A stretch of DNA of 64,000 nt from Camelus ferus (GCF_009834535.1 NC_045697.1:57104001-57168000), one strand, 5' to 3'; numbered from the stretch's first letter, positions 40,592-52,792 are shown. The notes: generated by a model from the sequence alone, not told the origin. Numbers and translations: made by a program.

Positions 40592-41900
40592 TTGATCTTA
40601 AACTTCTTCTGCTCCAGCAGTGTCTGGTCAGGAGATAGGTTAGGAGATAGGCACCTGATGAAAATACCTTTTACAGTGTATCCTCAGCAAAGAAATCAAT
40701 CCAACTGCTGGGTATGTGGGCAGCTGTCCCTCTCTAGCTTGTCAGGATTGCCATGGTGGGTATTGCCCCTCCAGGCAAGGGACTGGAAGGCCCTAAAGCA
40801 GTATATTAAGGAAGAACAGCTAGAACCAGTACTCTTAAGTCATCCTATATTACCAACACTGATCCAGAAACCTGGCCTGTGGCACACACCATCAATAACC
40901 CAGGACATGGGCATTCTTTACCTGTCAAGCAAACTATACAGGCAGCCCAACCTGAAGGGTCCTAAAAATACCACCATCAGAGCCATTGGTAGGGGCTATA
41001 CTCAGGTTTGGGATGGTTTCCATGTGCCTTATTCTGGGTTATGGACATTTTAGTACTCATGCACCTCTACTGTGGCAACAAAAAAAAATCACTCTAAACA
41101 GAACCAACCCCATTATATCAAGAATATGAGATGAATATGACCAGAACTGTGCATTCATTCTGTCATATTAAAAGATATTTACTAGTTTGGCACTGACTGG
41201 TCATGCTGCCCATACTTACTGAGTAGCCCTGAAGGGGACCCAGTGATTGTGTGGCACAAAACTTTGGCCTTGGCTTCCACCCAGGTGGTTGGGCTTCTGC
41301 ACCTTAGGTTTTCCCTGGCACAGAGGAGAATCCGCCACGTGGTAACAACAATTGCCAACCTCCCTCTCCTCAAGGCCAGATGGGCATATTCTGTTTTCCT
41401 TGGTATAATCATTTGGTCACTATCTTTGTTCCCTTTATTGGCCTGGAGGATTTTATAGCACACATAGAAGCCCTGACTATAACCACCCAGGAAGACTTAA
41501 GTGATAGTAACAAAGTCTGTCTTTACTGAACACTAAAATTTCTCTAATGAAAAAAGCTGTCCTCCAAAATAGGATGGCCTTGGACATTATCATTGCTTTG
41601 CAAGAAGGCACCTGTGTAATTACTCAAATCAAATGTTGTGTGTTCATACCTGATGAGTCTGCTAATGTACGATCTTTATTAAACCACATGAGGACACAAG
41701 GGAACACCCTAAGTGATCGTACTCCCAGCTTGGGGGATTTAATAAATCAGTGCTTCAGATCATAGGGCTCTTGGTGGAAAAAAAAAATGTTATTTATTTT
41801 GTGAATCATTATCTTAATCTGCCTTTTCTATGCACATGCCTATACAGCTGCTGTTGTATCTGCCTTCGCTGCAGCCAAACAGCCACCAAATAAGCCACCT
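40592..41900 (+). pseudogene. env: ERV env pseudogene, gamma-type, EnvR(b)/PABL-like
   Basis: SU CXXC motif CWVC (40706-40717) in NQSNCWVCGQLSLSSLSGLPWWVLPLQARDW, plus QVWDGF, GTDWS and LWPWLPPRWLGFCTLGFPW. Immunosuppressive domain LQNRMALDI (41562-41588), CX6CC motif CVITQIKCC (41613-41639), and a hydrophobic TM remnant at ~41790-41830. Broken into several frames. Confidence 0.93.
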
Positions 41901-41990
41901 CTATACTAATGAAAACCTTGCTGACCACTCAGGGCACATTGCTCAATAGGGAACATGTAGGATTGTAAGAGCTGGTCCCGAGGGATGGAG

Positions 41991-42400
41991 TGCTGGAGGA
42001 GGTTATCGACAGGATATGACTGCCTACTGACCCGCAAACTAGACCTGGGAAACTGGAAGCTTCCCATCCCCTCTCTCCTGTCCTTGAAATGGCTATTCCC
42101 CTTTCCTCCTCTGCACCAGAAGCTGCTTCAAAGTCACAGCCTGGAGATAGTAAGGTGCTACTGAGACTACCTAGACAGCACAGGTAACTGAATCCAGTCC
42201 AGGCCTCTGTGTAAACTTTTAAGATTCTGGCCTGTGGGTGTAGAGATTTACTTGTCTTGCCATTACCCAAGAGATGTCTTGTATTTAAATTTCTTATTTA
42301 TTAAATTTGCCACCTACCAATCTGGAGTGCTCGGTCTCTTTCTTTCATCTCTCCCTGCCCTCCACGACGGGACCAGTTTGATTTCACCTGGAAAGTTCCG
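41991..42400 (+). mobile_element. 3' LTR of the ERV
   Basis: TG start directly after the PPT, ATTAAA poly(A) signal at 42300-42305, then a pyrimidine-rich U5-like tract. The 3' boundary is uncertain (about 42387-42432). Confidence 0.8.
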
Positions 42401-42434
42401 GAGCGTGTGAGCCAAGCTCAAGCCAATCCACAGT

Positions 42435-43665
42435 TCTGGTCAGGTGAGTTTGCGGTGTCTGTAGTAAGGTGGTTCCCCTTGCCGGGGCTCTGCCCCTGAG
42501 GGTCTGCCTGACAGAACTGGGAGATTGGGCAGGGCCCGCTGAGAGGTCTCTGCCTTTTTGGGAGACCTGTTGCCAGGGTCCAAGGTGGGGCAGGTTCCGC
42601 TGTTGGGGCCCTGCAGTATGTCGTGTCTGTCTAGCAGGGCTCTGCATTCTGCCCGGGCCACTGGGGCTTCACCGCGCTCAGACGAAGCGGGCTGACAGAA
42701 CTCTGCAGTCCCACAAGGCCAGGGGCTGCTCGGTGATGGGCGGTGCCTGAGGGGGCTTCCGGTTTGGGCGTGGCCAGCAGGCAGGGCTGGCCCGTGGTGA
42801 GGCTGGCCGGGCTCTGTGGTCGCGCAGCCCCTGACAGGCCTTCACCGTGGAGAGGGCTCCTGACTGGCTCCAGGGAGGGCGGAGCTGCTGGTGAGGCTTC
42901 CGAAGGGATAAGCCTCCTATAAGGCTCTGCAGTTGGCACCGGTAGGTGGGGTCCCCGACTGCCTGACCTCAGGCAGGGCTCAAAAAGTCTCCAGAGAGGC
43001 TCCTGACCAGCTTCGACGTCTAGCTGTGGGGGGGGGGGGGGGGGCCTGGGGAGCCCTGTGCCAGAGGGAAGTTGTGGTCAGCTCCTCAGTTGGATGTGGC
43101 TGGTCCTCAGAGCTATGTGGTGGGGCGAAGCTCCTGACGGGCCCCTCAGTGGGTCTGGGTTGGCCAGGCTGCTGTAGAGGGTGGGCGTGCGGGGGCGAGA
43201 GGCCATCACCGGGATTTTCCTGCCCTGGCCGCTGAAGACCTGTCCCTATTCCTAGCTGTCCCCATGTGGTCTCACCGTGACAGTTTCACCCAGTCTTCTG
43301 TGTGAGTTGAGACAGAAGTGGTTCTCTTCGGCAGCGTCCAAAGGGCTTAAGAAGTTGGACTTCCAACTCGGTCTCTCCCTTAGGGGACAAATCAGACGTG
43401 CTCCCCGCCCCCCTTCCCAGCGCTGGCTCTGGCAGCTTGGGGGAGGGGTGATGTGGACAAAACGCAACTATTCTTGTCCCTTTACTGCAGTTCTTCTCAG
43501 GTTTTAATTTGCTTGGGTTTGCTTTTTGCTCCATGGGTGAACTGTGAACTTTCTCTGGTGTTCCAGAATTCTCACAAAGGTATTCTTTATGGATATTGGT
43601 GTTTCTATGAGAAGGACTAGAGCGGAGGACCTCTTATTCCACAATCTTGCTAAAGTTAACCTCAG
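42435..43665 (-). mobile_element. Old LINE-1 (L1M-type) 5' UTR, GC-rich, body missing
   Basis: The reverse complement of ~43600-43663 reads GAGGTTAACTTTAGCAAGATTGTGGAATAAGAGGTCCTCCGCTCTAGTCCTTCTCATAGAAACACCAAT, resembling L1M 5' ends (GACGTCAGCAAGATGGCGGAATAGGAGG). Assignment of the GC-rich part further left is less certain. Confidence 0.65.
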
Positions 43666-43789
43666 TTGCCATTTATTGTTATGAATGCATGTTCTATTTT
43701 TATAGCAGATTTGTAGGGGAACGGGGATTATGTGTTTCTGGCCTCAGTTCATTTTGCATTACTTGCATGGCCCTAGTAGACCTTTATCT

Positions 43790-43945
43790 GTCAGATTTAA
43801 CACTTCTGCTGTTGGGGATAGAATATTCCGTGTTGTGGGCAGTAGTGTATGCATCGTATGGTGTTTAGCACCCACGTGATTCCAGTAGCATACTCCCTGC
43901 TGTTGTGACAATTTTAAGGAAGATACTCAGAAATGTCTTCACAAT
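43790..43945. mobile_element. MER20-like hAT-Charlie DNA transposon
   Basis: TGTTGTGGGCAGTAGTGTATGCATCGTATGGTGTTTAGCA..CCAGTAGCATACTCCC..GTTGTGACAA..AAATGTC matches the MER20 consensus as recalled. Confidence 0.7.
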
Positions 43946-44179
43946 ATTCAAAATACTAAATACATAAATAGGAGAGATTAGAAGGCTTTTTTTAAAGGTT
44001 GTGTTTTTATCTGTAGTTCACTATGTGTTGTCAGGGAAATGGAATACTTGAATAGCAGAATATTAATCTAATGCCACTTGAAAGAAGTATATCTATGTAA
44101 TTATATTTATATCGAGAAAGGGTCACCTTAATTTTTTAAGAAGTTCCTATATTTGTTTTTTATAAATAAAATACACACG

Positions 44180-44835
44180 GAATAATCACTGGGATTCTAA
44201 ACTCCAGTATCCTCTCCATCAATAACCAAGTGATATTTTTACAGTGTAAATCACATTATGCCACAGCACCATGAGCAAACACTTCCCTACCCTAAGCCAG
44301 CCACTTGCTTCATGTTCAGGGGTTTTCCATTCAGAATAAAATCTGTTCTCCCTACTCTGGCACAAAGAGCTCTCTTTGGTCTGGGGCTGTCAATAAGGTC
44401 AACTAGAGACCACTTGTTCTCTAACAGCCAGTGTCACCCTGACCTTTTTCTCATCCAAAAAATATACCAAGCCCTTTCCAGTCCTAAGGCCTTTAGACAG
44501 GCTATTTATTCCTGATGGAGTGCACTTATGTGGTTCTAAATAATCCTAGAAGCTTCATTTTCTCGATTAAGCCTCTATGAAAACTTTGAATAAAGCCCCC
44601 TTCCCATTATTCTCTGCAACAGCTTTCAGTAACTTTCTTCTACCTGCATTCTCCATCTAGTGGTTTTTTGCACATTTGTCATTTATTTATTTTTCAGAAC
44701 TTTGCCTCCTTTTCCACCCCATGTTATGAGGGAAGAGATTATATCTGTTGCTCTCACAATTGTATACATGAAACGTAGAACAGTAAATAGCTGGGCACAT
44801 AATCGATTTTTATAAATGTTTGTCAAACGAGTAAA
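44180..44835 (+). mobile_element. L2 3' end
   Basis: CTCTCCATC..AAGTGATATTTTTACAGTGTAAATCACATTATG, CAGAATAAAATC, and terminal GGCACATAATCGATTTTTATAAATGTTTGTCAAACGAGT. Confidence 0.7.
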
Positions 44836-46804
44836 AGAAAGATAAGAACACTTAAGAGAATGTCTCCTGTGTCATTTATCTTTATATGTTAACTAATTAG
44901 TTTACTGATTTAATTACAACCTGAGAATCTATTTTAAAATTTTTAAAGAAATGCTAAGTATTCAGTTTGAATGGTTTTTAAAAAATTAGACAATAGCTAC
45001 ATAGGGAGAAATGTTCATCTTCTTGCAAATTAGTAGAGAGAGGTACTACAATAATCAATTAAAATGGGGCTATTAGAAAGTAAGTTTAAAAACTTGGTAT
45101 GGTAACTTTGAGCAGCTTTGAAGGAACAATGAAAACACTTTAGCTTTTGATTAAAATAGGTGGGAAATGTAAAAAATTGAATGAAATTTAGGTTTGTTTA
45201 TCTCTACAAATGGAAATGAGAATTTCCATAAATATAAAACTAAGTAAAATACAAATACTTTTTTTTGGAGTAGAAATGCATTTCTGTTGACATCTTTATG
45301 CTTTCAACATTTCTTTTAGGGACATTTATTTTCCTTTTTTTCTGAGCAAATATTGAATACCATTGGAATAAAACAAACAAATATTCACAGAGAACCTGAA
45401 TAAAATTAGTTATCTTTTGACATGTTCCTTAATTCAAATAAATCATTCCTTGCCTTCTAGTATAATTGGGAGTAGACTCTGTATTTACTATACTTCATAG
45501 CATAACTGAGGTACCATCCCTTAATATGTGATGTTTGCATGGGTTTACCTCATTATAGCACCATAATTCTGACTTTTTATGAAAAAAAAAAAAACACTGA
45601 AAATCCAGAAATTTTGATGTATATAATTAGCTGGAAGTTCTTTTAGTTTTGTTTTTAAACTGGATATCAAAAAGGCGAAGAGCCAAAAAGTGACTATGCC
45701 CAATAAAACCAATGGCATACATTGTTTTTTATATTTAACTCTAATATACCCTCAAACTACAGAGAAATTAAAATACATTAAATTATGATTCTGATATTAA
45801 ACCCTCACCTCCTCACCACAGAATTGGGGAGAAGTTTTTGTTAGTTTGGTTAATAATTGTATTTATTTTAGTTACATGTCTTCTTTCTAGTTTTTACTTA
45901 TTGTTTTAATTTTTCTGCCTTATTTCTTTCATGTGTTTCAGGACTCTTCTTTTTAGTCTTTACTTGCTCAGTATTTTCAAGTTTAATATATCTAAGGTAT
46001 TTGTATATAAATTGCACTAAATGTATTCCTAACCATCCTTCTTGATCTTGTACCCTAAGGTAGCTAATGCATTCACTGGCAATAGTCTTATCAATCCATT
46101 AAGCTAGTCATTGTGTGCCTGATCCTCTGTTTTAGCTTAATTTTTTTTCCACTGTCCTGTGTCTGATTCAATAGGGACTATTTGTCTAATTCCTTGTACA
46201 TGTAGTATGGATACTAGTTGATTTATAAGAACTATTTAAAATAATTTAATTATCAATGGATTCTGTGTTCAGGCATTATTGGCCCTACTTTGGATAATAT
46301 ATTCTAGGTTGAAAATGAGAGAGTTCTAACTTAAAACAACTAAAAAAAAAATAATGAAAGACTTTACAGAGGTATTTAGGTATGGCTGAATCCAAATATT
46401 CAAGAGTCTTCTAATCCCAATCCATCTCTTCATCTCTGAGACAGATTCTTGCTAATTGCTGGACATGATGGCCACTGGTAACTTTACACTCGCATCCTAC
46501 CAGTGTCTTTAATTTGACCCCTGATGTTTTTTGATACCACTAAAATGATCAATTTATTATTTCATTTGCATTGTTTTTTGTACAATATCCCAGGCACAGC
46601 TTGTATCTTTTCTATTAGACCTGGAATCAGTTGTTTCTCCAAGGAATGCTAGAGATTCCTTTGGATTTGTGCACTTTAAATATATCATTTTGACTTATAC
46701 AATTTTATACCATTTATTCCTTTAATGATACACATTAATGACACCACTCCTGCCTTTTGAAATTTTTATTTTCACCTCTATGTCTAATTTATAAATAGCT
46801 TCTA

Positions 46805-46935
46805 TTCAAGTAGTTCATTTATCCATCCATTAATTTGATATTTATCAAGTGCTAACCATATGCTAACTAGGGTTTTAGGTACTGGGAATGTGATTGCGAA
46901 CAACCCAGTAAAATGTTTGCTTTTACGGAGCTGCC
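46805..46935 (-). mobile_element. L2 3' end fragment
   Basis: TTCATTTATCCATCCATT..ATATTTATCAAGTGCTAACCATATGC..TTTTAGGTACTGGGAAT is the reverse complement of the L2 terminus. Confidence 0.6.
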
Positions 46936-48939
46936 TTTCTGGAGAAGTGTTGATTTGACTTGAGTGTACTTTAGAGGTCTCCCTCAAAATGCTATCTTAG
47001 ATGTTACTGTGTTCTCCTCTCCACAAAGCTCTACCCCCGACTTTGATCTATCGGTTAGTATCGTATTCAAGAATAATCACTATTTCTTTTATAAGTGCTC
47101 AACGTACATATTAGATGCCTGTTATACTTGCTATTTTTAGAAGTTTATTGTCCCAATTTTTTTCTTCATCTGCCTTTATTATTCTGTATATTCTTGCACT
47201 AGTCTTAATTCTCTGACGTATTTTCACAGAACAGGTGATTATAAATTTTTTCAGAATAAGAAAACTTTTTTTAAGAATTTGTACTGTTTCTTAATTCCTT
47301 CAGAGCCAGTAACAACCGATTTGGCAAACATATGAAATGGCATTGAATCATTGCCATTATTCAAAGGTACTGAATTAGACCACTCTTGTTTCAGATATAC
47401 AAGTAAATATAAACATGAAAATTTATGTTTACAGATAGATAAAAAAGTGAACTTAGATAAAATATTTTAATATTAAAACTTTTAAAAGCAAAGATTTTAT
47501 TATTGTATTTTATTTCATTATTTTAATATTGCTTGTTACATACTTTACATAATTATGTATATATATAATTATCATACTGTATATCACACTATATATAATG
47601 CTTTTTATGCAATTCAAAATAAAATACTTGGGGTAAATAATTAGTCCATGACTTCAAATAATTAGTCCATGACTTTTAACAAATATTTGCTGTATTAATT
47701 GAGTTAAAAATCATTGGATTTTTTATTTTATTTCTGAGAATTTCACCTCTTAAGAATTTTAATACAAGAAGACACTTCTGCAGATATTGTAACAAAACAT
47801 TCCTTGTAGAATTTAGTTTCCTAATCACCATATAATTTAAATTCAGCTTATTGGCCAAATGACATTGTGTGCAAAGTTGTTATTTTTTTTTCCATGTAGG
47901 TGAAACAGAAGGAAAAGATATTGATGTTTACTCTACATGAAATAATATTATATTAGGTTTAATGATAGGTCAATTCCTTGGAAGTAGGGAGAAAGGCTGA
48001 TTGACTGATGTTATAAATTATTAACATCAGAATTAGGTTTGGGGAAATTATATTTGGTAAGTAGCATTTTAAAAATTTTGGTGTATAAATGAAAGTATGC
48101 CAAATTAATTGCAGAAGTTACTTTTTCTAGTCATTTCAATTTTAGCCTACATTTTTTATTCAATAAAGAATAAATTATTCTAGTAAATATTCTTGCCAGT
48201 CAGAATCAAGAAATAATCTGTTCAGAAATGTCAGCTTTCTGAATATGTTTAGAACAGAGTTAGAACTAGCAAAAAAAGTTTTAAATATCTGTCATGAGCC
48301 CTGACAGCTTAAATCTTCACTACTTCATATTACAAAATAAAGTCTGAAATTCACTTGCATACTTTGTAGTAGGTTGAATAAGTCACAAATAATAATGTTC
48401 TTCCTCTGGATAACAAAAGAAGAACTACAGGCACACATAATTAAATTGATTATTTGTTTTCTTCCTAGGAGAAAAACAAAAAAGAAAGAAACAAAAAATA
48501 AACTTCATAGTAGGTTGTTAGCCACTCATGAATTCTTTAGTACTTTCATGAATATGAATATTTGGCATTTTGAGGGTTCAGCTGTTGTAGCACTTTTAAA
48601 GTCTACTGGTGTTTTACAGCAACAATGAATATACTTTAAAATCAAGGGAAAAAATGTCACCATAATGTCTCCTTTTACATTTAGTTCTAATATGTTTAGC
48701 TGGGTTCTCACATATTTTTGCTAAAGATAGGAAATCTATAATTATACAGTTTTTCAGGTACCTAATATTCCCAAGAGTATAGTGGAAAATAAAGTAGAAA
48801 AATAACAAGAAATAGCTTTGTTCTCCAGAAATTTCCTTTTTTTTTTTTCAATTTTTGAAACTAAATTGATCTCACATCAACTAAGATAGAGGCTATAGAC
48901 AACCTAATAACCTGATGAGGTTATTTTATTTATTTATTT

Positions 48940-49378
48940 TAAATCTCCAACAATAAATATTTATTATCATGCCCACAGATCTATTGGGAAAGCTGTGCTT
49001 TAGGCTAAGGATCTGCTGGTTGGCTGGATTCATTCTGCTCCATGTGTCTCTTGTTATCCTGGGATTAGTAGTCTACCTGGGCATATTCTTCTCATGATAA
49101 TGGCAGAAACAGAAAAGCAAGGCCAACTGTGCTAGCACATATCAAGCCTTTGGTTATGTCATCTCTGCTAGCATACCACTGCCTAAAGCTAGTCAGTTGT
49201 CTGAGCCCAAAGTCAAAGTCTGGGTAGATATGCTCCAAAGAGCCAAGCACATTACATTGCAAAGTCCAGCATCAATAGACCAGAAAATTACACTCTTTCC
49301 TGGAGTTTGTGTGGGTGGGTGGCAGGTGTGGAGAAAGCTAATGCTTAGTGAACACCATTCTAATTTATATAGCCACCC
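48940..49378 (-). mobile_element. MaLR LTR (MLT1H/I/J-like)
   Basis: CAACAATAAATATTTATTATC..GGCATATTCTTCTCATGATAATGGCAGAAAC..AAAGCTAGTCAGTTGTCTGAGCCCAAAGTCAAAG resembles reversed MLT1. Confidence 0.7.
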
Positions 49379-52300
49379 GTGGGAATGAAAAACAACTTTG
49401 AGGTGAGAGGGTCAGTCCTGCCTCCACATAGTATGTCATTCTTTGCTTCACTGTATATGGTGCATCTTAGAAAATTGCACCTGGACCCTGTAGGGGTTAA
49501 AGCTGAGCCTTTTGTGGGCCATTCCAGTGTTCTGTCAGGTCAGGTACTTCTGGATAATGTGCCCTATGGGGAAAACAGTGGATCCCAGGGTCATTTGCCA
49601 TTTAAGGCACCTCCTTCAGCATAAAATAGGTTAGAAATTATGTTATGAGAGATCCTACATGGGTAAAATAATGAAGATTTTATTTTAAATATGAATTTCC
49701 TGAATACACTTTTGTTTCTAAATAAATAAATTTGTTTAGAATGTAGTAATTTACTTTTTAGTTTTAGGGCTGTAGACATGGCATAAATATGTGTATACAT
49801 GTATATTTTATTACCTGTAGATTATTATAGACATATTTTGAGCTATTCAATAATAATTATAATATTTCATCACACTAGGAAAATAATTATTAAACTTTGA
49901 AAAAGAGCACTCATGCATGTGTGTTTCTTATATTATAAACTCAAATATATGTGTTTGAAAAAGAAAACAATGTTATTTACAATGTCCCATAGAAATTACT
50001 GAGGGACTTTGATTTATTTTAATAGTGATTTTCTGAAATATTTATCTTCAAAATTAATAAAGGAATTTGCTGCCACTGATGCTTTTGCTCTAAAATTTTG
50101 GATTGTGTCAAATATGTGCAAAAAGAGTTATCAATATGATTAACAGAATAAAAAATTGTTTATAGGCATTGGGAACCAATGTTTCATGAGATAGTATATT
50201 CTTCTTAGTTTAGAGTATACTAACAATTACAGTCATGATTATTATGTTAGTTAACATATAGTAATATTATTCATTTAAAGGCTTACATCATGCATTATTG
50301 TACTTAATTTTCACAAACTCTCAATGAGTTACATGTTGTTTTAAATTTCCAATTTATACAGATGAAGCAACAGAGCTTCAGTGCTATTCACTAAAAGAAA
50401 AGTTAAAAAGAACTAGAATCCCCTTCTTATAAAGTGTCCTCAATTTGGGAGTGGCTAGCTACCTATTGTTAAGTGTGTGATTTGAATATATGATAAAATA
50501 TTAATGTTCATTATATATGATCATGCATTTCTCTGCATATAGAGAGCATACAAATAGATATAATTACATATCTATGAGAATCTGTGTGAGTGTTTATATG
50601 CTTATGTGCATATGTAAATCTATACGTCTGTATGCAGGTAAATATGTATCTGTATGTGTGTATGCACATGTGTGTATCTCCATGTACTTGTAGATAGATA
50701 CGCTCCATTCTGTCATGTTTTATACATTTATTCACATTTGTGTTTCCATCTAATTAACTGAAAAAAAAGCTGGTTTAATAATTAAGTAGTCTGTGTATAG
50801 ATAAAAAAATCATTTCCCATTCAGAGTATGTAAAAATCACAATAGGAAAAGCAATAGATTAGGTATTAAGTTGGTTTGCAATTGTCTTTAAAAAGTGATG
50901 TCATGCATAAAATAGAGACTTTCCAGTATACTCACCTTCAAAAGTTGGCCTCTATGAATGTTGAATGTATTTTCTTATTAAGAGAATCAAAACCATATAA
51001 TGTTATGGTCACTTACTGCTTGTTGACTCATTTTTGCTTGTTCATTCTAAATTCTTATTAAAAAAACAGAAACTTAGGTATAACATGTATACATATACAT
51101 ACATCATGAATATATATGTGTATAGACAGACTTACAGTGTTGCTTTGTAAACTAAGTCTGTCTCATTTCATCGCTACTTTGATCAGAGACATGATATACT
51201 CATGAGAATACTCGATTAATTTAAATGGCTGGTGAACTGGACTTTTATTGTTTACTTTTCTTGATTGTAGAACATAAACACAATTGGTACATATTTTTTA
51301 ATTAACTAAATAAAGAATATCCACTAATTCAAATATCAGTTAATAAAAGAAAACATTAAGCTTTAATTTAAAAATAGTCACTGCTTTTTTTTTATTTGTT
51401 CTCAGTTACACTTTCAAGTAATAATGAAAATACTATGCAGTTATTTAAACTTCATTTTAGAGTATATATAACTTCATATTCTCTTCATTTAAGCGGTGAA
51501 TAGCATTTTAGATTTTTTAAAAATAGTGGAAAAATTGCCTTCTTTCGAATCCACTTTATAAACTGGAGAAGAAATATTTCCAAAGAAAGAAGACATGGGG
51601 AAAAAACCCAAACTAAGTATCCAAACTTGGAGTAACACTTTGCATATTTAAAAAGTAAATATGAATATCATTTTGGTATAAATTAGGGACTCTTTATACA
51701 TATTTACTACCATGAATTATTCACATAGAGGATGAATTTAACCCAAATATTTCAAAGAGATTTTTAAACTCATTATGTACATACATATATTTAGAATTTA
51801 TGGCACAAAATGGTAAGTTTTTTGTAGAATTTGTTTTCTATGTTTACCTCCTTTGGAATCATGCCATCTCCAGTTGACTTAAAACTGTGTCCCTCTCAGC
51901 CTATGTTCTAAAGTTGACTGCTTTGGAACCTACTAATAAATAAAATCCATGTAGCATTTATTGTGGCTTTAGTAAATTCTAGGTATTTTGACTTATATAT
52001 CATCTCACTGAATCCATATAACCACACTCATTGGTATGGAACTATATTTCCTCATTTCACAATGGAAGAAACTGAACCTCCGAAGAGTATGTAACTTGAC
52101 AAAAATACAGTCAACAAAAAGAATTGTGGCAAAAGATCCAGGATCTTGTTTAATCCAGAGTCAGTATTCTTAAACAATATGCTATGCAGATAATTAATAA
52201 GGGTTAATTTAGTATTCTGGCTGCCAGGATGAATAGTATTTTTATCCAAAATGAGATGAGATGAATTTGTAAGTGCATGTGCTGTTTATAGAGAGAAAAG

Positions 52301-52587
52301 ATTAATTTGGGAAAATATAAAAGTTCTTAAAATAATGGTTTGTGTTTGGGGAATAAGGAAATTAAATTCTAAAACTTAAACTTTTCTGTGTGTTATCTCA
52401 CCACAAATGTTCTATACAGAGTGATCTGTATAATTTTAATCCCATTCCATTAATAAATTTTAGGTTGTGTACATTAGAATTTCACAAAGATATTTGTGTA
52501 AAAAATTCTTTCATAAATTAGAAAAATGTATTTATTAAACAAATCCATAGTGCTGACCAGATACCAGGAAGTTGTCTAATATATATA

Positions 52588-52792
52588 CCATTGACCCTTG
52601 AACACCTTGGGCTTGAATTGTGCGGGACCACTTATATACAGACTTTTCTCAGTGAAATTGTGTATGTACTACATGATTTGAGGATGTGAAACTATGGATA
52701 TGGAGAGCATCTGGGGAACTTGAGCGTCCATGGATTTTTGTATCTGCAGCAGGTCCTAGAACAAATACCTCAGGGATACCAAGGGACGACTG
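52588..52792. mobile_element. TcMar-Tigger MITE (MER8/MER2-like)
   Basis: Imperfect TIRs CCATTGACCCTTGAA ... TACCAAGGGACGACTG, flanked by TA on both sides (52586-52587 and 52793-52794). Confidence 0.8.

Larger units (their letters stand above)
37240..42400 (+). mobile_element. 5'-truncated endogenous retrovirus: class III-type pro-pol, gamma-type env, PPT and 3' LTR
   Basis: Colinear order of PR, RT, RNase H, IN, env, polypurine tract (GAGGGATGGAG, 41980-41990) and LTR. No 5' LTR and almost no gag. Many stops and frameshifts. Confidence 0.93.

Noticed and set aside
40592..41765. env ORFs as a domesticated syncytin-like gene
   Set aside because: The env is split over several frames by stops and frameshifts. 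The longest ORF begins at a TTG without a clear signal peptide, and the expected furin site reads RWAY.
42384..43534. Cluster of overlapping ORFs in the GC-rich block
   Set aside because: This is expected from the low stop-codon frequency of GC-rich DNA. The peptides are low-complexity and unrecognisable.
50936..51053. Possible minus-strand exon ending AAG|GTGAGT
   Set aside because: It has stops in all three frames and only a modest acceptor. Isolated splice-like motifs are common by chance.
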